IMG/VR virus record: IMGVR_UViG_3300035698_014711
Coordinates: 1 to 64,000 of that record
Length of the DNA: 64,000 bases
Source of the DNA: a virus
Strand: one strand, 5' to 3'
Shown: positions 11,211-20,869 of the stretch, piece by piece
Numbering within the stretch: position 1 is the stretch's first letter
Layout: every line of letters starts with the position of its first letter
Made by a program: the position numbers and the translations under genes
Notes under the pieces: generated by a model
Told to the model about the DNA's origin: nothing
The model's database searches: none
Seen by the model: only the letters and a program-made list of their open reading frames with translations

Positions 11211-13042
11211 TGCATAATCCTTCTAAGCCAGGCGGGAGCATATCTCGCCCGCGCAGCTCTGCCGCCCCAATATTTAGCTGCTCCAACTCCAGGCTGTCCG
11301 TAAGCAATATCTACATGAATTCCTAAGTTCTGCATATATCCGCCGCCAGCACCAATTGCTGAAATACCATTTGATTTCGCATTTCTACAGAAGCTTTCTA
11401 TTTTCGGTAAATCTGCTTCAACAGCAGAACTTAATCTTCTGCCGCCTGAATAGATCCATATGTCTGCTGCATAACCATTGTCATGTCTTCTTGATCCTGT
11501 TCTTCTACCCGATGGCGCTTGGCCGCCAGAATAGATAACAGCACTGAGACCTGCCGAGCGCGCTGCAGACTCAATCATTTCAAAAAGTGATCTCTGAATG
11601 GGCTGATTTCTAATTTTATTTGAAAACCCTGCCACATAAGAAAGAGTATCAGTTGAATTAGATTGTCTGCCTTCAATTAGTGAAGCATTTCTATCAGCAG
11701 TTTCAGTACTAAGTGTAGAGTTTCTATGAGAGCTTGGATTAAAGCCTGGACTTGAGCTATTCTGATTAATTTCGTTTCTACCGAGAACAGAAGTTCCAGG
11801 ATAAACTCTAAAGAAGCTTCGTGAAACCATGCGATAAGTATTCATTTGAGCTGGAGTTAATGAAGCAAGAGAAAGAGTACGGTCTTCAGCATGTGCGCCT
11901 GTCATGGCAGCATACCCGCCTACAAATCCTACTATTATATTTGTTCCATCAATTACAACATCAATTGGCACCATTCTCTGAAGATTTCCATTTCTTAATA
12001 TCAGATAATGAAAATCATATTGATTTAGTCTCAGAAGGTCTTGTGCTTTAAGATCTTCATCCATAAATGTTTCAGTCCAATCGAGAATAATAGCATCAAC
12101 ATTTCTATGTGATGTCCTTAAGTCTGCTTCAAATTCCTGAGAAGTATTGACAAAGGTGAAGATATTGTCTACTGAGTTTTGAGAAGTAATAGGAGTAGTT
12201 ATAACTCCATCAAGAACACTCCACAAGTTTGTATTTGACCCAAGTCTTAGTACATCTTCAATTGAATTAATATTAGAAATAGCATCAATTGAAAGAGTAA
12301 TAGAAGAAACAACTCCCTCTATCTCAGCAATAGTCATATTTGATGTAGCTTTAAGAAGACTTACTGATTCCTGTATATTTCCCACCATCAAAAGATTCAC
12401 TACCTTATCAGCAGTAACTGAATCAATTGGGGAAGTTAAAACAGAATTGAGTTGGTCTAAAATGCTTGAATTTGTAGGCAGAAGAATACTATTCAGAATT
12501 CCATTGGATGCATTGGGAATTAGACCTGTGAGCTTTCCGACAAGATCAGTAAGACGAGAAGTAAAAATATCTGCTGTACTTAGAATAGTAGAGATATCTC
12601 TTACAAGAGGAAAGGAGGAAAATTTACCCAATGTTGCTTGAATTTCTCTAGTACTTATTGAGCCTGTGTTTGTTAATAATCCATTAACACCACGAGGTGT
12701 CATAGAACCGATACTGTTATTCAGAAAATCAGCCGTAACTATATCACCAGTTAGACTTGATAATTCTGAAGCAAAAGAACTCTGATTCTGTAAAGATGCA
12801 TCAACTCCGGTCACAGCTGGAGTTAATTGCCCAATTGGAATTCTCGCAAATAAATCATTTGTCTGGGAATCTGCATCAAGAAAAACCGAAATGGCTTCAA
12901 TACCGTCTACAATAGTTCCAGCAGAGATAATATTTGTATCAATTGTGCTTAAAAACTCTTGTGAAGAAACTTCAAGCTCAGACATAAATGAACTGAAGCC
13001 TGCTGATCTGCTTACTTGATTAAGTTGGGTAAAATCTATCAT
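11207..13042 (-). CDS. virion cell-wall hydrolase: degenerate amidase-like domain plus C-terminal M15-type peptidase
   Basis: FHYLILRNG..GH-like amidase remnants; SRRHDNGYAADI...IHVD matches the M15 Zn motif. Confidence 0.6.
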   Translation of the reverse strand: MIDFTQLNQVSRSAGFSSFMSELEVSSQEFLSTIDTNIISAGTIVDGIEAISVFLDADSQTNDLFARIPIGQLTPAVTGVDASLQNQSSFASELSSLTGDIVTADFLNNSIGSMTPRGVNGLLTNTGSISTREIQATLGKFSSFPLVRDISTILSTADIFTSRLTDLVGKLTGLIPNASNGILNSILLPTNSSILDQLNSVLTSPIDSVTADKVVNLLMVGNIQESVSLLKATSNMTIAEIEGVVSSITLSIDAISNINSIEDVLRLGSNTNLWSVLDGVITTPITSQNSVDNIFTFVNTSQEFEADLRTSHRNVDAIILDWTETFMDEDLKAQDLLRLNQYDFHYLILRNGNLQRMVPIDVVIDGTNIIVGFVGGYAAMTGAHAEDRTLSLASLTPAQMNTYRMVSRSFFRVYPGTSVLGRNEINQNSSSPGFNPSSHRNSTLSTETADRNASLIEGRQSNSTDTLSYVAGFSNKIRNQPIQRSLFEMIESAARSAGLSAVIYSGGQAPSGRRTGSRRHDNGYAADIWIYSGGRRLSSAVEADLPKIESFCRNAKSNGISAIGAGGGYMQNLGIHVDIAYGQPGVGAAKYWGGRAARARYAPAWLRRIMQ

Positions 13043-13848
13043 TCAAATTGTCCAAATACTATTTCAGCATTTCTTATTCGTGTTTCAGTTGCTGCATAAG
13101 CAGCGTTAGGTCTTTCAAACTTATCTTGAAAAACAATTGTAGCTTCTCTAATTGTATCTGTAGCTTTTAATTCACTCAGGCCAAGATAAGGTTTTGTATT
13201 CAATTCAAATATAATAAAGTCCAATTGTGTTTCAAGTGATAGATGAGATCTTCTTGTTCTTGAAGCAAAATCCTTTAAAGCATCTAATCTTCCTGCAGCA
13301 GGATTCCATTGAGCAATTCCTAAAGAACCTTCACCAGCTGCAACAATGGTTGGGTTTATATTTATTCCAGACTCTTGCATTAGATTACCAACAATACCTG
13401 CAGCTTGTTCAGGGCTGAATCCTTTATCAATAAAGTAATTAAATGCCTTCTCAGTATTATCAGCACCTGTTAAGTCTGCTTGCTCTAGAGGAGTATCAAA
13501 CATGTAGTCCGAAAATGCTGGCCCAGTACTTCCTCTAATAGATGCGGAGACTGTTTCTTCAATCTTAGGTATTGTTCCCCAGATAATTGGAGACTGTGAA
13601 GCATTACCGTCTATAAAGTATCCTATAACTGTAGCTCCGGGTAGCACATTGGGATTCAAACCGAGGCCCGAGACTCCAGGCTCAGTAGTAGGAAGAATTA
13701 CTGCAGCCCAGGGAAGTTTACTATTGGGTATCTGGGCTGCAGTACCGTGCAACCCTCTGATTCTAATTAAGATTCTCCCAAGCTTTAATGGATCTCTATT
13801 ATCAATTGCTGTTCCGACAAACCAACGGAATTTATCACCGTAGAACAT
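13039..13848 (-). CDS. gp5 N-terminal OB-fold fused to phage tail lysozyme domain
   Basis: WFVG..DPLKLGR..RI.GLH..LPWA; QAAGIVGNLMQES, GIAQW, FERP. Confidence 0.85.
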   Translation of the reverse strand: MFYGDKFRWFVGTAIDNRDPLKLGRILIRIRGLHGTAAQIPNSKLPWAAVILPTTEPGVSGLGLNPNVLPGATVIGYFIDGNASQSPIIWGTIPKIEETVSASIRGSTGPAFSDYMFDTPLEQADLTGADNTEKAFNYFIDKGFSPEQAAGIVGNLMQESGININPTIVAAGEGSLGIAQWNPAAGRLDALKDFASRTRRSHLSLETQLDFIIFELNTKPYLGLSELKATDTIREATIVFQDKFERPNAAYAATETRIRNAEIVFGQFE

Positions 13849-15176
13849 TAATTATTTCCTTCAGTATTCATAAGTTTTGTCCCAGTAACATTAACTGAGT
13901 ACTTAGTTCTAGAAAAGGTATGTTGTGCCGCGTAGATAAGATACAGACCTGATTTCTTTGAGTCATATATGTCATACTCAGAGATATTATCCCCAAGAGG
14001 AACAATGTTCTTCGAGAATCTCATGTGCATCATATTACCCACACAGACTTTATCAGTATCAGTTATAAATTTTCTGCCAGGTACTTCAATAGTAATTGGA
14101 GATTTCATAATAAGATCACGTAGGTTTTCAGCAAATCTTATCTTAGAAAAATCACCCTCAAACTCTTGATCATGAATAGAGTTAATATGGTCACTGTATT
14201 GTTGAGAAAAGAATAGACGAGAATCATTAACTGAATTAAAGTTATGTAATCCTCCCATAAACTTATCATCATAAAGCTTATTATAGCTATTGGGAAACAT
14301 TTCAGCAATAGTAACATACTGCTGAAGAAGATTCATTCTGAATGTGATTTCTCTCTGATTAGTTAAATTAGTATAGTTCTGAATAGAACCAATAGAACCA
14401 TTCAGAACCTGCTTGAGGGTATTATCTACTTTTGATTCAGAAAATGCAGAGATATTATAGGACTGTATTTCAATATTCAAAGATTCACTCTTCTGTGCAA
14501 GAAGATGGGAATAAGTAAAGGCTTGATCAACTGTATTAATAGGCTCATCAAGAATCATTTGTGCTAAAGAAAGAAAATTCATCCTTTTTCTTGGCGATAG
14601 TGATGAAAAGAAAAAATAAGGAGTACCAATTGTATCTGTTGATTTATCTCTGATTACTCTAGCTGCATCAAATGCATTTATAGAAGGCACAAGATATCTC
14701 ATTGTTGATTGTGAGCTAATTGTTGAATTAAGTTCTCTATCAATTTCAGCTTCAGCCAGAAGCTTACTCATAATAGCTTCTGGCTTGCCATCAAATGACT
14801 TAGTAATAATACTTTTTGCCTGCTGAAAATATATGTCTTCAACTATAGCAAAGAATATTAATTCAGAATTATCATTAACCTTTTCTGATACAATTCTTTC
14901 TGTGATAACAAATCTCTTCTCGATGATTACATCAGTCTTATCTTGAAGACAATAACCCACCTCAAAGAACTCAGTACCTGAAAAATCAATAGTGTTCAAA
15001 AAATCAACTGTATCTATTATGGCTAGAGTCCCAGTCAAGTACGGCTTATCAATATGTTCATGAATGTTGAGTTCAGAAATAGCTTCTGTGATATCATAAA
15101 CATCATCAAATCTATCTGCTGATATTTCAGCCTTAGTGAAGTAATATGAATATGGTGAGGAGAAATTATCTGCCAT
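13848..15176 (-). CDS. baseplate hub protein (gp27-like)
   Basis: Position between gp53 and gp5; SGLYLI..H.F C-terminus. Confidence 0.55.
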   Translation of the reverse strand: MADNFSSPYSYYFTKAEISADRFDDVYDITEAISELNIHEHIDKPYLTGTLAIIDTVDFLNTIDFSGTEFFEVGYCLQDKTDVIIEKRFVITERIVSEKVNDNSELIFFAIVEDIYFQQAKSIITKSFDGKPEAIMSKLLAEAEIDRELNSTISSQSTMRYLVPSINAFDAARVIRDKSTDTIGTPYFFFSSLSPRKRMNFLSLAQMILDEPINTVDQAFTYSHLLAQKSESLNIEIQSYNISAFSESKVDNTLKQVLNGSIGSIQNYTNLTNQREITFRMNLLQQYVTIAEMFPNSYNKLYDDKFMGGLHNFNSVNDSRLFFSQQYSDHINSIHDQEFEGDFSKIRFAENLRDLIMKSPITIEVPGRKFITDTDKVCVGNMMHMRFSKNIVPLGDNISEYDIYDSKKSGLYLIYAAQHTFSRTKYSVNVTGTKLMNTEGNN

Positions 15177-15885
15177 TTGAGCTCATTACTGATTGGAATT
15201 CTTTCACAATGCTTGAAACAGTAGACTTCTTAGGTACTTTAATTTCCTTTAAAGCATCATTAACAGTATGATAATAGTCTGTATTTGAAATAGGAGTATA
15301 TGTTCCAGGTTCTACAGAAAATGGATCTATATCAACAGCATTCAGATCTGCATCAACATAATACTTAGTTGCATCTTCTTCATATGAAGAAGTTACGAGC
15401 TGAATTGAATTAGATCCAGATATGAGAACTTCACCTTCAGAGAAGACATGTCTTCCTTCTACTGTGATTAAACCAAGCTCTAAATTTCTTGAAACAACTG
15501 TAGTAGAAACACCAGAAGTGCTTCCGGCAAGAGTATCGCCAATGAGAAAGATAATTGAAATATCATCATAAGTACGAATTACAGTATTAGTAAAGTCCTG
15601 AGCTATCTTTTTATTGAGCTCAAACCTAGTTAAAGGCCAGCCTGATTCTTTTATATGATCATTCATAAAGTATAATAGCCAATGATAATCAGGTGATTGA
15701 TAAAACTTCTGAGACAATTGGTCAGCTCTTTCACCTTCCATTATTGTATATGTAGTATAGTAATTAAGTTCATCTTTGATTAAATCAACAATTTCGGCAT
15801 AAGCAGACAAATCTTGTGTTTTAGAAACAATGCCGTCCCCAAAAGAATATTCAGTCTTCGGAAAATATTGAAAGAATTTAGCCAT
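15166..15885 (-). CDS. baseplate wedge subunit gp53
   Basis: FFQYFP, GERADQLS..FY..PDYHWL, WPL. Confidence 0.88.
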   Translation of the reverse strand: MAKFFQYFPKTEYSFGDGIVSKTQDLSAYAEIVDLIKDELNYYTTYTIMEGERADQLSQKFYQSPDYHWLLYFMNDHIKESGWPLTRFELNKKIAQDFTNTVIRTYDDISIIFLIGDTLAGSTSGVSTTVVSRNLELGLITVEGRHVFSEGEVLISGSNSIQLVTSSYEEDATKYYVDADLNAVDIDPFSVEPGTYTPISNTDYYHTVNDALKEIKVPKKSTVSSIVKEFQSVMSSNGR

Positions 15886-16703
15886 TAGAATCCACCTTCT
15901 TCTACATCTGCTCGAGTTAACGTCTCGATTTCTTTAAAACTCATAGACAGGTTAATTTGAGCTGGATTTCCGTCTTCATGTAGAGCCGCAGCAGTTGGAT
16001 TGTAAGTTGAGTTAACATTTGTCAGATAGCAATCTTTTATCTTATGAGCAAATGTTGTTCCGTTTGCTTCCATCGAGATTCTAAACTTGTTGGGAAACCT
16101 TAAACCAAGAGGAATACTAAAACTTCCAATTTGAACATCATCAAAATTAATATTACCTAAAATAGTTTCAGGATAGAGTTCTGTTCTAAATAACTTTATA
16201 ATTTGTCTAATCTGTTCTGCTTCTTGAGCTGAATCTGGAATTAAAGTAAACTCAAATGTAAACTCTCGAATATTAATTCTCTCAAAGATTGCTCTAGTAT
16301 GAGGATTAACAGAAACACCCAGAGCAGCTCTAATACCACCTCGAACACCTGCTCCAGAACCGGTCAACTGCACTGCAGCTAATTTAGCTGCTTCAGAACC
16401 AAAGTTATTAAGGATGGCATCTTTAATATTGGTCATAGAATTAGATATAGAATTAACTGCTGCTCCTGTAATACTAGCACCATTATTGATACCAGTCATT
16501 GTTGCAAATCCCGCTTTACCGAGATCTGTGTTATCAAATGCAACTCCATCTTGGAATTGAATAGCAGGCGGCATATACAATGTTACAATTGGGCCCGATG
16601 GGTCTTCAATTACTGTATCACCTTCTTCAACATTTTTAATCACCTGAAAGATGATAGTTGAATTAAAGCCTTTTTGGTTTAAAGGGTATCTGAGATTTGC
16701 CAT
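15885..16703 (-). CDS. baseplate tail-tube cap gp48
   Basis: LYMP, NP....FE...REFTFEFTLIP, LSMSFKE. Confidence 0.82.
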   Translation of the reverse strand: MANLRYPLNQKGFNSTIIFQVIKNVEEGDTVIEDPSGPIVTLYMPPAIQFQDGVAFDNTDLGKAGFATMTGINNGASITGAAVNSISNSMTNIKDAILNNFGSEAAKLAAVQLTGSGAGVRGGIRAALGVSVNPHTRAIFERINIREFTFEFTLIPDSAQEAEQIRQIIKLFRTELYPETILGNINFDDVQIGSFSIPLGLRFPNKFRISMEANGTTFAHKIKDCYLTNVNSTYNPTAAALHEDGNPAQINLSMSFKEIETLTRADVEEGGF

Positions 16704-16711
16704 CTAAATCC

Positions 16712-16741
16712 TATAAATAAATTTAAGTATAATTATTTATA
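16712..16741. promoter_or_regulatory. divergent T4-type late promoters (TATAAATA on both strands)
   Basis: tataaata at 16712 (+) and tatttata at 16734 (-) between divergent gp48 and gp4. Confidence 0.8.
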
Positions 16742-16750
16742 GGTTCTACC

Positions 16751-17233
16751 GTGGCTAAATCTGGCATTTACAAAGTTAAAAATAGAGAAAAGTATCGAGG
16801 TGATGCTGGAAATATTGTCTACCGAAGCTCTTGGGAAAAGAGAGCATTTGAGTGGTGTGATAGAAATGAAAATGTTATCAAGTTTTCTTCTGAAGAAGTG
16901 ATTGTTCCATATTGGTTTGCCGGTGATAAGAAATGGCACAGATATTTTGTTGATCTTAAGATTGTAATGAAAGACGGAACAATAAGACTCATTGAAATAA
17001 AACCCAAAGCTCAAACTATGAAGCCGAAGTTTCCAGGGAGAAAGACAAAGAGATATCTGACTGAAGCATTAGGCTTTGTTAAGAATCAGAACAAATGGGA
17101 AGCTGCAGAAAAGTATGCAAAAGACAGAAATTGGACTTGGGAAATATGGACAGAGGATACATTAACTGCTATGAATATTCTCCCCAAAAGACTTAAAGCT
17201 CTACCAAAACTAAGAGGACCGAAGAAGAAATGA
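16751..17233 (+). CDS. head completion nuclease gp4
   Basis: KYRGD..NIVYRSSWE, HRYFVD, EIKP, NQNKW. Confidence 0.92.
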   Translation: MAKSGIYKVKNREKYRGDAGNIVYRSSWEKRAFEWCDRNENVIKFSSEEVIVPYWFAGDKKWHRYFVDLKIVMKDGTIRLIEIKPKAQTMKPKFPGRKTKRYLTEALGFVKNQNKWEAAEKYAKDRNWTWEIWTEDTLTAMNILPKRLKALPKLRGPKKK

Positions 17234-17841
17234 TTTCTCTATTTGATAAACTGAAATTAGCAGCATCACAAAAAGGCTTACAGCCTAGATCAAAAGAGTC
17301 TGTAAAATGGTTTCGACAGAGAATCTCAAGTATGAGAGGAAAAGAACTTCGCCGAATTAAAGGTGGAGATCTAATGAAACAAGATGACATAACAATTAAG
17401 TCTGGCCCTCTACCACGCGTCGGATCAATGGCTATGTTTTTCTATGATCCGAAGCATAAGAAAACACTTCCCTACTATGATGCATTTCCGATGATCATTC
17501 CTGTTGGGCCTGCTAAGGATGGATTCTATGGGCTTAATGTTCACTATCTTCCTCCTCTCCTGAGAGCAAAGTTTCTTGATGCTTTGCTTGATGTCACAAA
17601 CAATAAAAAGTTTGATGACAGTACAAAGTTTCAGATTTCTTACGGAATGCTTAAGGCTGCTGAAAAGCTAAAGTATTTTAAACCGTGTTTTAAGCATTAT
17701 CTATTTAAGCATGTCAGAAGCAAATTCGGCATTGTATCGCCTGAGGATTGGGAGATTGCTATATTTTTACCATCTGCTGATTGGCAGAAAGGATCTGGTT
17801 CTCAGGTCTATAGAGATTCTAGGAAGATTATCAATGGTTAA
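17230..17841 (+). CDS. DNA end protector gp2
   Basis: YDPKHK.TLPYYD.FP, GLNVHYLP, KPCFKHYL. Confidence 0.92.
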   Translation: MISLFDKLKLAASQKGLQPRSKESVKWFRQRISSMRGKELRRIKGGDLMKQDDITIKSGPLPRVGSMAMFFYDPKHKKTLPYYDAFPMIIPVGPAKDGFYGLNVHYLPPLLRAKFLDALLDVTNNKKFDDSTKFQISYGMLKAAEKLKYFKPCFKHYLFKHVRSKFGIVSPEDWEIAIFLPSADWQKGSGSQVYRDSRKIING

Positions 17842-18364
17842 TTTCTCTGTAAATTCCTTCAAGGCTGCAGCTCATAATGGGCTGCTTCCTACCAATAAAT
17901 ACCAGGTCATATTACCCGGTGATGTAAGTCCTATCTTTTCCGGGCCTAATTTTTCTGCTACTTGTAAGAATGCATCACTGCCTGGCAAACAGATTATGAC
18001 TTCTGAGAGAATAATAGGCTCGAATGTTCAGAAAATGGCATACGGATTTGCTGTTGAAGATGTAAGTCTTGTTTTTCATATCACAAACGATATGGGAATT
18101 AAGTCATATTTTGAAGATTGGACTAGATTAGCTATTAATACTGATACAGATCCTATCAAAATAGGATATAAAGAAAATTATGCTAGAGATATTACCATTA
18201 AGCAATATAATAAGGAAAATCTTCTCGTCTATACTTGTATTCTTGAAGATGCATTTCCTATTACTATAAATGGTATTGATCTAGCCAATGACGCAAATGC
18301 AACTGCTGAATTAACTATTCAGATTGCATATACAAAATGGAGATCTGAATTTGACCCTGCCTAA
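17834..18364 (+). CDS. tail-tube initiator gp54 / gp19-like
   Basis: Start reassigned to ATG 17834 overlapping gp2 end; LPG, FEDW, DAFP motifs. Confidence 0.75.
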   Translation: MVNFSVNSFKAAAHNGLLPTNKYQVILPGDVSPIFSGPNFSATCKNASLPGKQIMTSERIIGSNVQKMAYGFAVEDVSLVFHITNDMGIKSYFEDWTRLAINTDTDPIKIGYKENYARDITIKQYNKENLLVYTCILEDAFPITINGIDLANDANATAELTIQIAYTKWRSEFDPA

Positions 18365-19070
18365 ATTAAACGCTTCCCCAAAGTTTACTACCAAGATTCC
18401 TTCCACAGGTAAATCTGTGAGGTTCCGACCTTATTTAGTTAAAGAAGATAAGGTACTTATGATTGCTTATGAATCAGGAGATTCTGCTACTGTGCTGAGT
18501 ACTGTTCTCGATACAATTGAAGCTTGCTACGACGAGATTGATGCTCGGAATCTTACTCTTTTTGACTGCTTACATCTCTTCTCAATATTGAGGTCTAAAT
18601 CAGTTGGTGAAGTTGTTGAGCTCAACATTGAATGTGCAGAATGTAATGCACTTAATCCAGTTGATGTTGATCTTGAGAAGTCTGCTATGTATGAAATAGA
18701 AGGTACTATAGAGTCTGAAACAGCTATAGCTCTTCAGGAAGATATGGACCTTATTGTCGCATGGCCGACTATGAAAGATGTTATTCAGCACCCCGAGGTC
18801 TTTACGAGTAAATCTCAAACAGAGCTTGGCTTGATCATGCTTAAAATAGTTCTTAGAGAAATCAGAACAGAAGAAGAAATAAGTCTCTTCAAGGAAGCAA
18901 GTGATAATGATATTGAAGAGTTTATTGGTTCCTTAAATGCTCGTCAATTTGCCTCAGTAAATTCTTATATTAAGAATCTCCCTGTGATGAAATATAAGAT
19001 TGATTTTGAGTGCAGAGAATGTAAGCATAAGAATACTATGGAGCTGGAAGACCCACAAGATTTTTTTTAA
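18351..19070 (+). CDS. baseplate hub assembly protein gp26
   Basis: LPKL..P, FRPYLVKE, RSKSVGE, two CxxC pairs, ends DFF; TTG start likely. Confidence 0.85.
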   Translation: MTLPKLNASPKFTTKIPSTGKSVRFRPYLVKEDKVLMIAYESGDSATVLSTVLDTIEACYDEIDARNLTLFDCLHLFSILRSKSVGEVVELNIECAECNALNPVDVDLEKSAMYEIEGTIESETAIALQEDMDLIVAWPTMKDVIQHPEVFTSKSQTELGLIMLKIVLREIRTEEEISLFKEASDNDIEEFIGSLNARQFASVNSYIKNLPVMKYKIDFECRECKHKNTMELEDPQDFF

Positions 19071-19243
19071 TATGGGCATCTCATGATTCTCTGATGAATC
19101 ATTTTAAGACCAATGAGATGTTAGTGGCCGAGCATAACTATTCTCTGACTGAGTTGGGAGACATGATGCCTTGGGAAAGAGAAGTCTACGTTATTATGAT
19201 AACGCAACGTAAAGAAGAAGAGGCCAAAAGATGGCAGCAATAA
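19061..19243 (+). CDS. gp51-like baseplate hub assembly catalyst, probably made as a -1 frameshift extension of gp26
   Basis: Not in ORF track. -1 frame from the T8 run: FFLIWASHDSLMNHFKTNEMLVAEHNYSLTELGDMMPWEREVYV; in-frame ATG at 19094. Confidence 0.8.
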   Translation, partial: FFLIWASHDSLMNHFKTNEMLVAEHNYSLTELGDMMPWEREVYVIMITQRKEEEAKRWQQ

Positions 19244-20769
19244 AAGATATCACCAAAGCTCTAAAGGCTAATAATAAGGTTAGTGCTAAGGCTTCAAAAA
19301 AGAATGCTAAAGGTATTGAAAAGCTTACTGATGCTATCGGCCAAATGACTTCTAGACTTGAGATGATTGCAGAAAATCAGACCATCATTGCAACTCGACA
19401 GAACAAATGGTTCAAGCCTCTATCCAAGATCATGAATACTCCTAAGCTTATCAAATCAGCTATAAGTATGATAAAAGATAATCCAATTACAAGACTTACA
19501 AGTGCTATTGTAGAAGCTGTGGTGTTTCCATTCAAGACAGTAACTAAAGTGATGAAAAGTATCTTCGGTATGTTTAAGAAAACTTTTTCAATCTTTACTG
19601 CTCCATTCAAATGGCTATTTGGGAGAAATAAAGAGGGTAAAGAAAATAAGCTCGCTGCTGATATCCAGAATAAGATTCTCGCAGAAGTTAAAAAGCTAAA
19701 TGCTCTAATGAGTAAAGCTTTTAGTGAGGATACTAAAGAACAGAAGAAAAAGAAACGAAATAAGAAGCAAGATGATCTTGAGGCAACTGAAACTGAAAGA
19801 GAAAATAAGAGAAAGCCAAGAGTAACTAATAACCCAAGTCTTCCTATCTTACCTATTGTTCCTGCAACAAATGGGGACGGCGAGACTAATACAATTAATA
19901 GTGCTATATCAGGTGCTGTTGCTGGATCTGTTGTTGGAATTGCTGGTCAAATAGCAAAGAAACTAGGTAAAGGTTTAGCTGGTCTTATTGGTTCAGCAGG
20001 CCTCGGCCTCGGGAGTCTTATTGGTTCAGCAGGCCGAGGCCTCGGGAGTCTTATTGGTTCAGCAGGCCGAGGCCTCGGGAGTCTTATCTCTACAGCACCT
20101 GCTGCAGCACGTGCTGGGTTTGGAAATACTATTAAGACCGCGGCAAGATCACTATCTCCTGGTGGTATTTTAGCCAAACTACTCGGTAAACTTGCTCTTC
20201 CTTTAGCATTAATAGTACCTGATGACCTTGGTGATGGTTCTCTCCAAGAAGGAAATATGACTCCTCGCCAGTTATCAGATCTTGAAGAACAAAGAAGATT
20301 TAGTGGTGCAGAGGCCGCTGCCGAACGTGCCAGGTCTCTGGCCGCTCGTGAAACTGCTTATGATGATTTTGGTTCTGTGATGGATAAATTCAATAGAAAT
20401 GGTGCTCAGTTTGATGAAAGACCACCTGTGATTATACCGCAGGAGCCTGCAGCCCGCGAAGCACAAAGAATGCTCCAGAGAAAATCAGCTGTACGTAGAA
20501 GAAGTATAGCTGACCCTCAGCACAATATACCTTCAGCTATGCTTGCTCCTTCATCATTTACTGGAAGAAATTCTATCAGAATGACTTCAGCCTTAGAAGA
20601 TCTCAATAAGACAATGGCAGACCTTAAGGCTTATCTAGCAAATCCGTCTGTGAATGTTGTTGATACGAGTAGCTCACAGGTTGTAAATAACAGCGGTTCA
20701 ACTGTGAATGTAGGAAAAAGTACCACATCTGGTGACCCATTCAACGGTGGAATTGGTCTTAGGCAGTGA
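19231..20769 (+). CDS. tape-measure-like (gp29-like) protein
   Basis: Long helical Ala/Gly/Lys-rich ORF after gp26/gp51. Confidence 0.55.
   Translation: MAAIKDITKALKANNKVSAKASKKNAKGIEKLTDAIGQMTSRLEMIAENQTIIATRQNKWFKPLSKIMNTPKLIKSAISMIKDNPITRLTSAIVEAVVFPFKTVTKVMKSIFGMFKKTFSIFTAPFKWLFGRNKEGKENKLAADIQNKILAEVKKLNALMSKAFSEDTKEQKKKKRNKKQDDLEATETERENKRKPRVTNNPSLPILPIVPATNGDGETNTINSAISGAVAGSVVGIAGQIAKKLGKGLAGLIGSAGLGLGSLIGSAGRGLGSLIGSAGRGLGSLISTAPAAARAGFGNTIKTAARSLSPGGILAKLLGKLALPLALIVPDDLGDGSLQEGNMTPRQLSDLEEQRRFSGAEAAAERARSLAARETAYDDFGSVMDKFNRNGAQFDERPPVIIPQEPAAREAQRMLQRKSAVRRRSIADPQHNIPSAMLAPSSFTGRNSIRMTSALEDLNKTMADLKAYLANPSVNVVDTSSSQVVNNSGSTVNVGKSTTSGDPFNGGIGLRQ
19982..20087 (+). repeat. 33-bp in-frame tandem repeat, about 3.2 copies (SLIGSAGRGLG)
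   Basis: gtcttattggttcagcaggccgaggcctcggga repeated. Confidence 0.95.
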
Positions 20770-20820
20770 GTAGCTGTGTTCTAAGCAGCCTTCTTATATA
20801 GATCCATAACCATACATACT

Positions 20821-20856
20821 AAAAAAGGAGCCCGCTAAGGCTCCCTTTTCTTTTTA
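20821..20856. terminator. bidirectional intrinsic terminator
   Basis: aaaaaa-ggagcc-cgctaa-ggctcc-cttttcttttt between convergent genes. Confidence 0.85.
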
Positions 20857-20869
20857 GTGAGATGATAAT

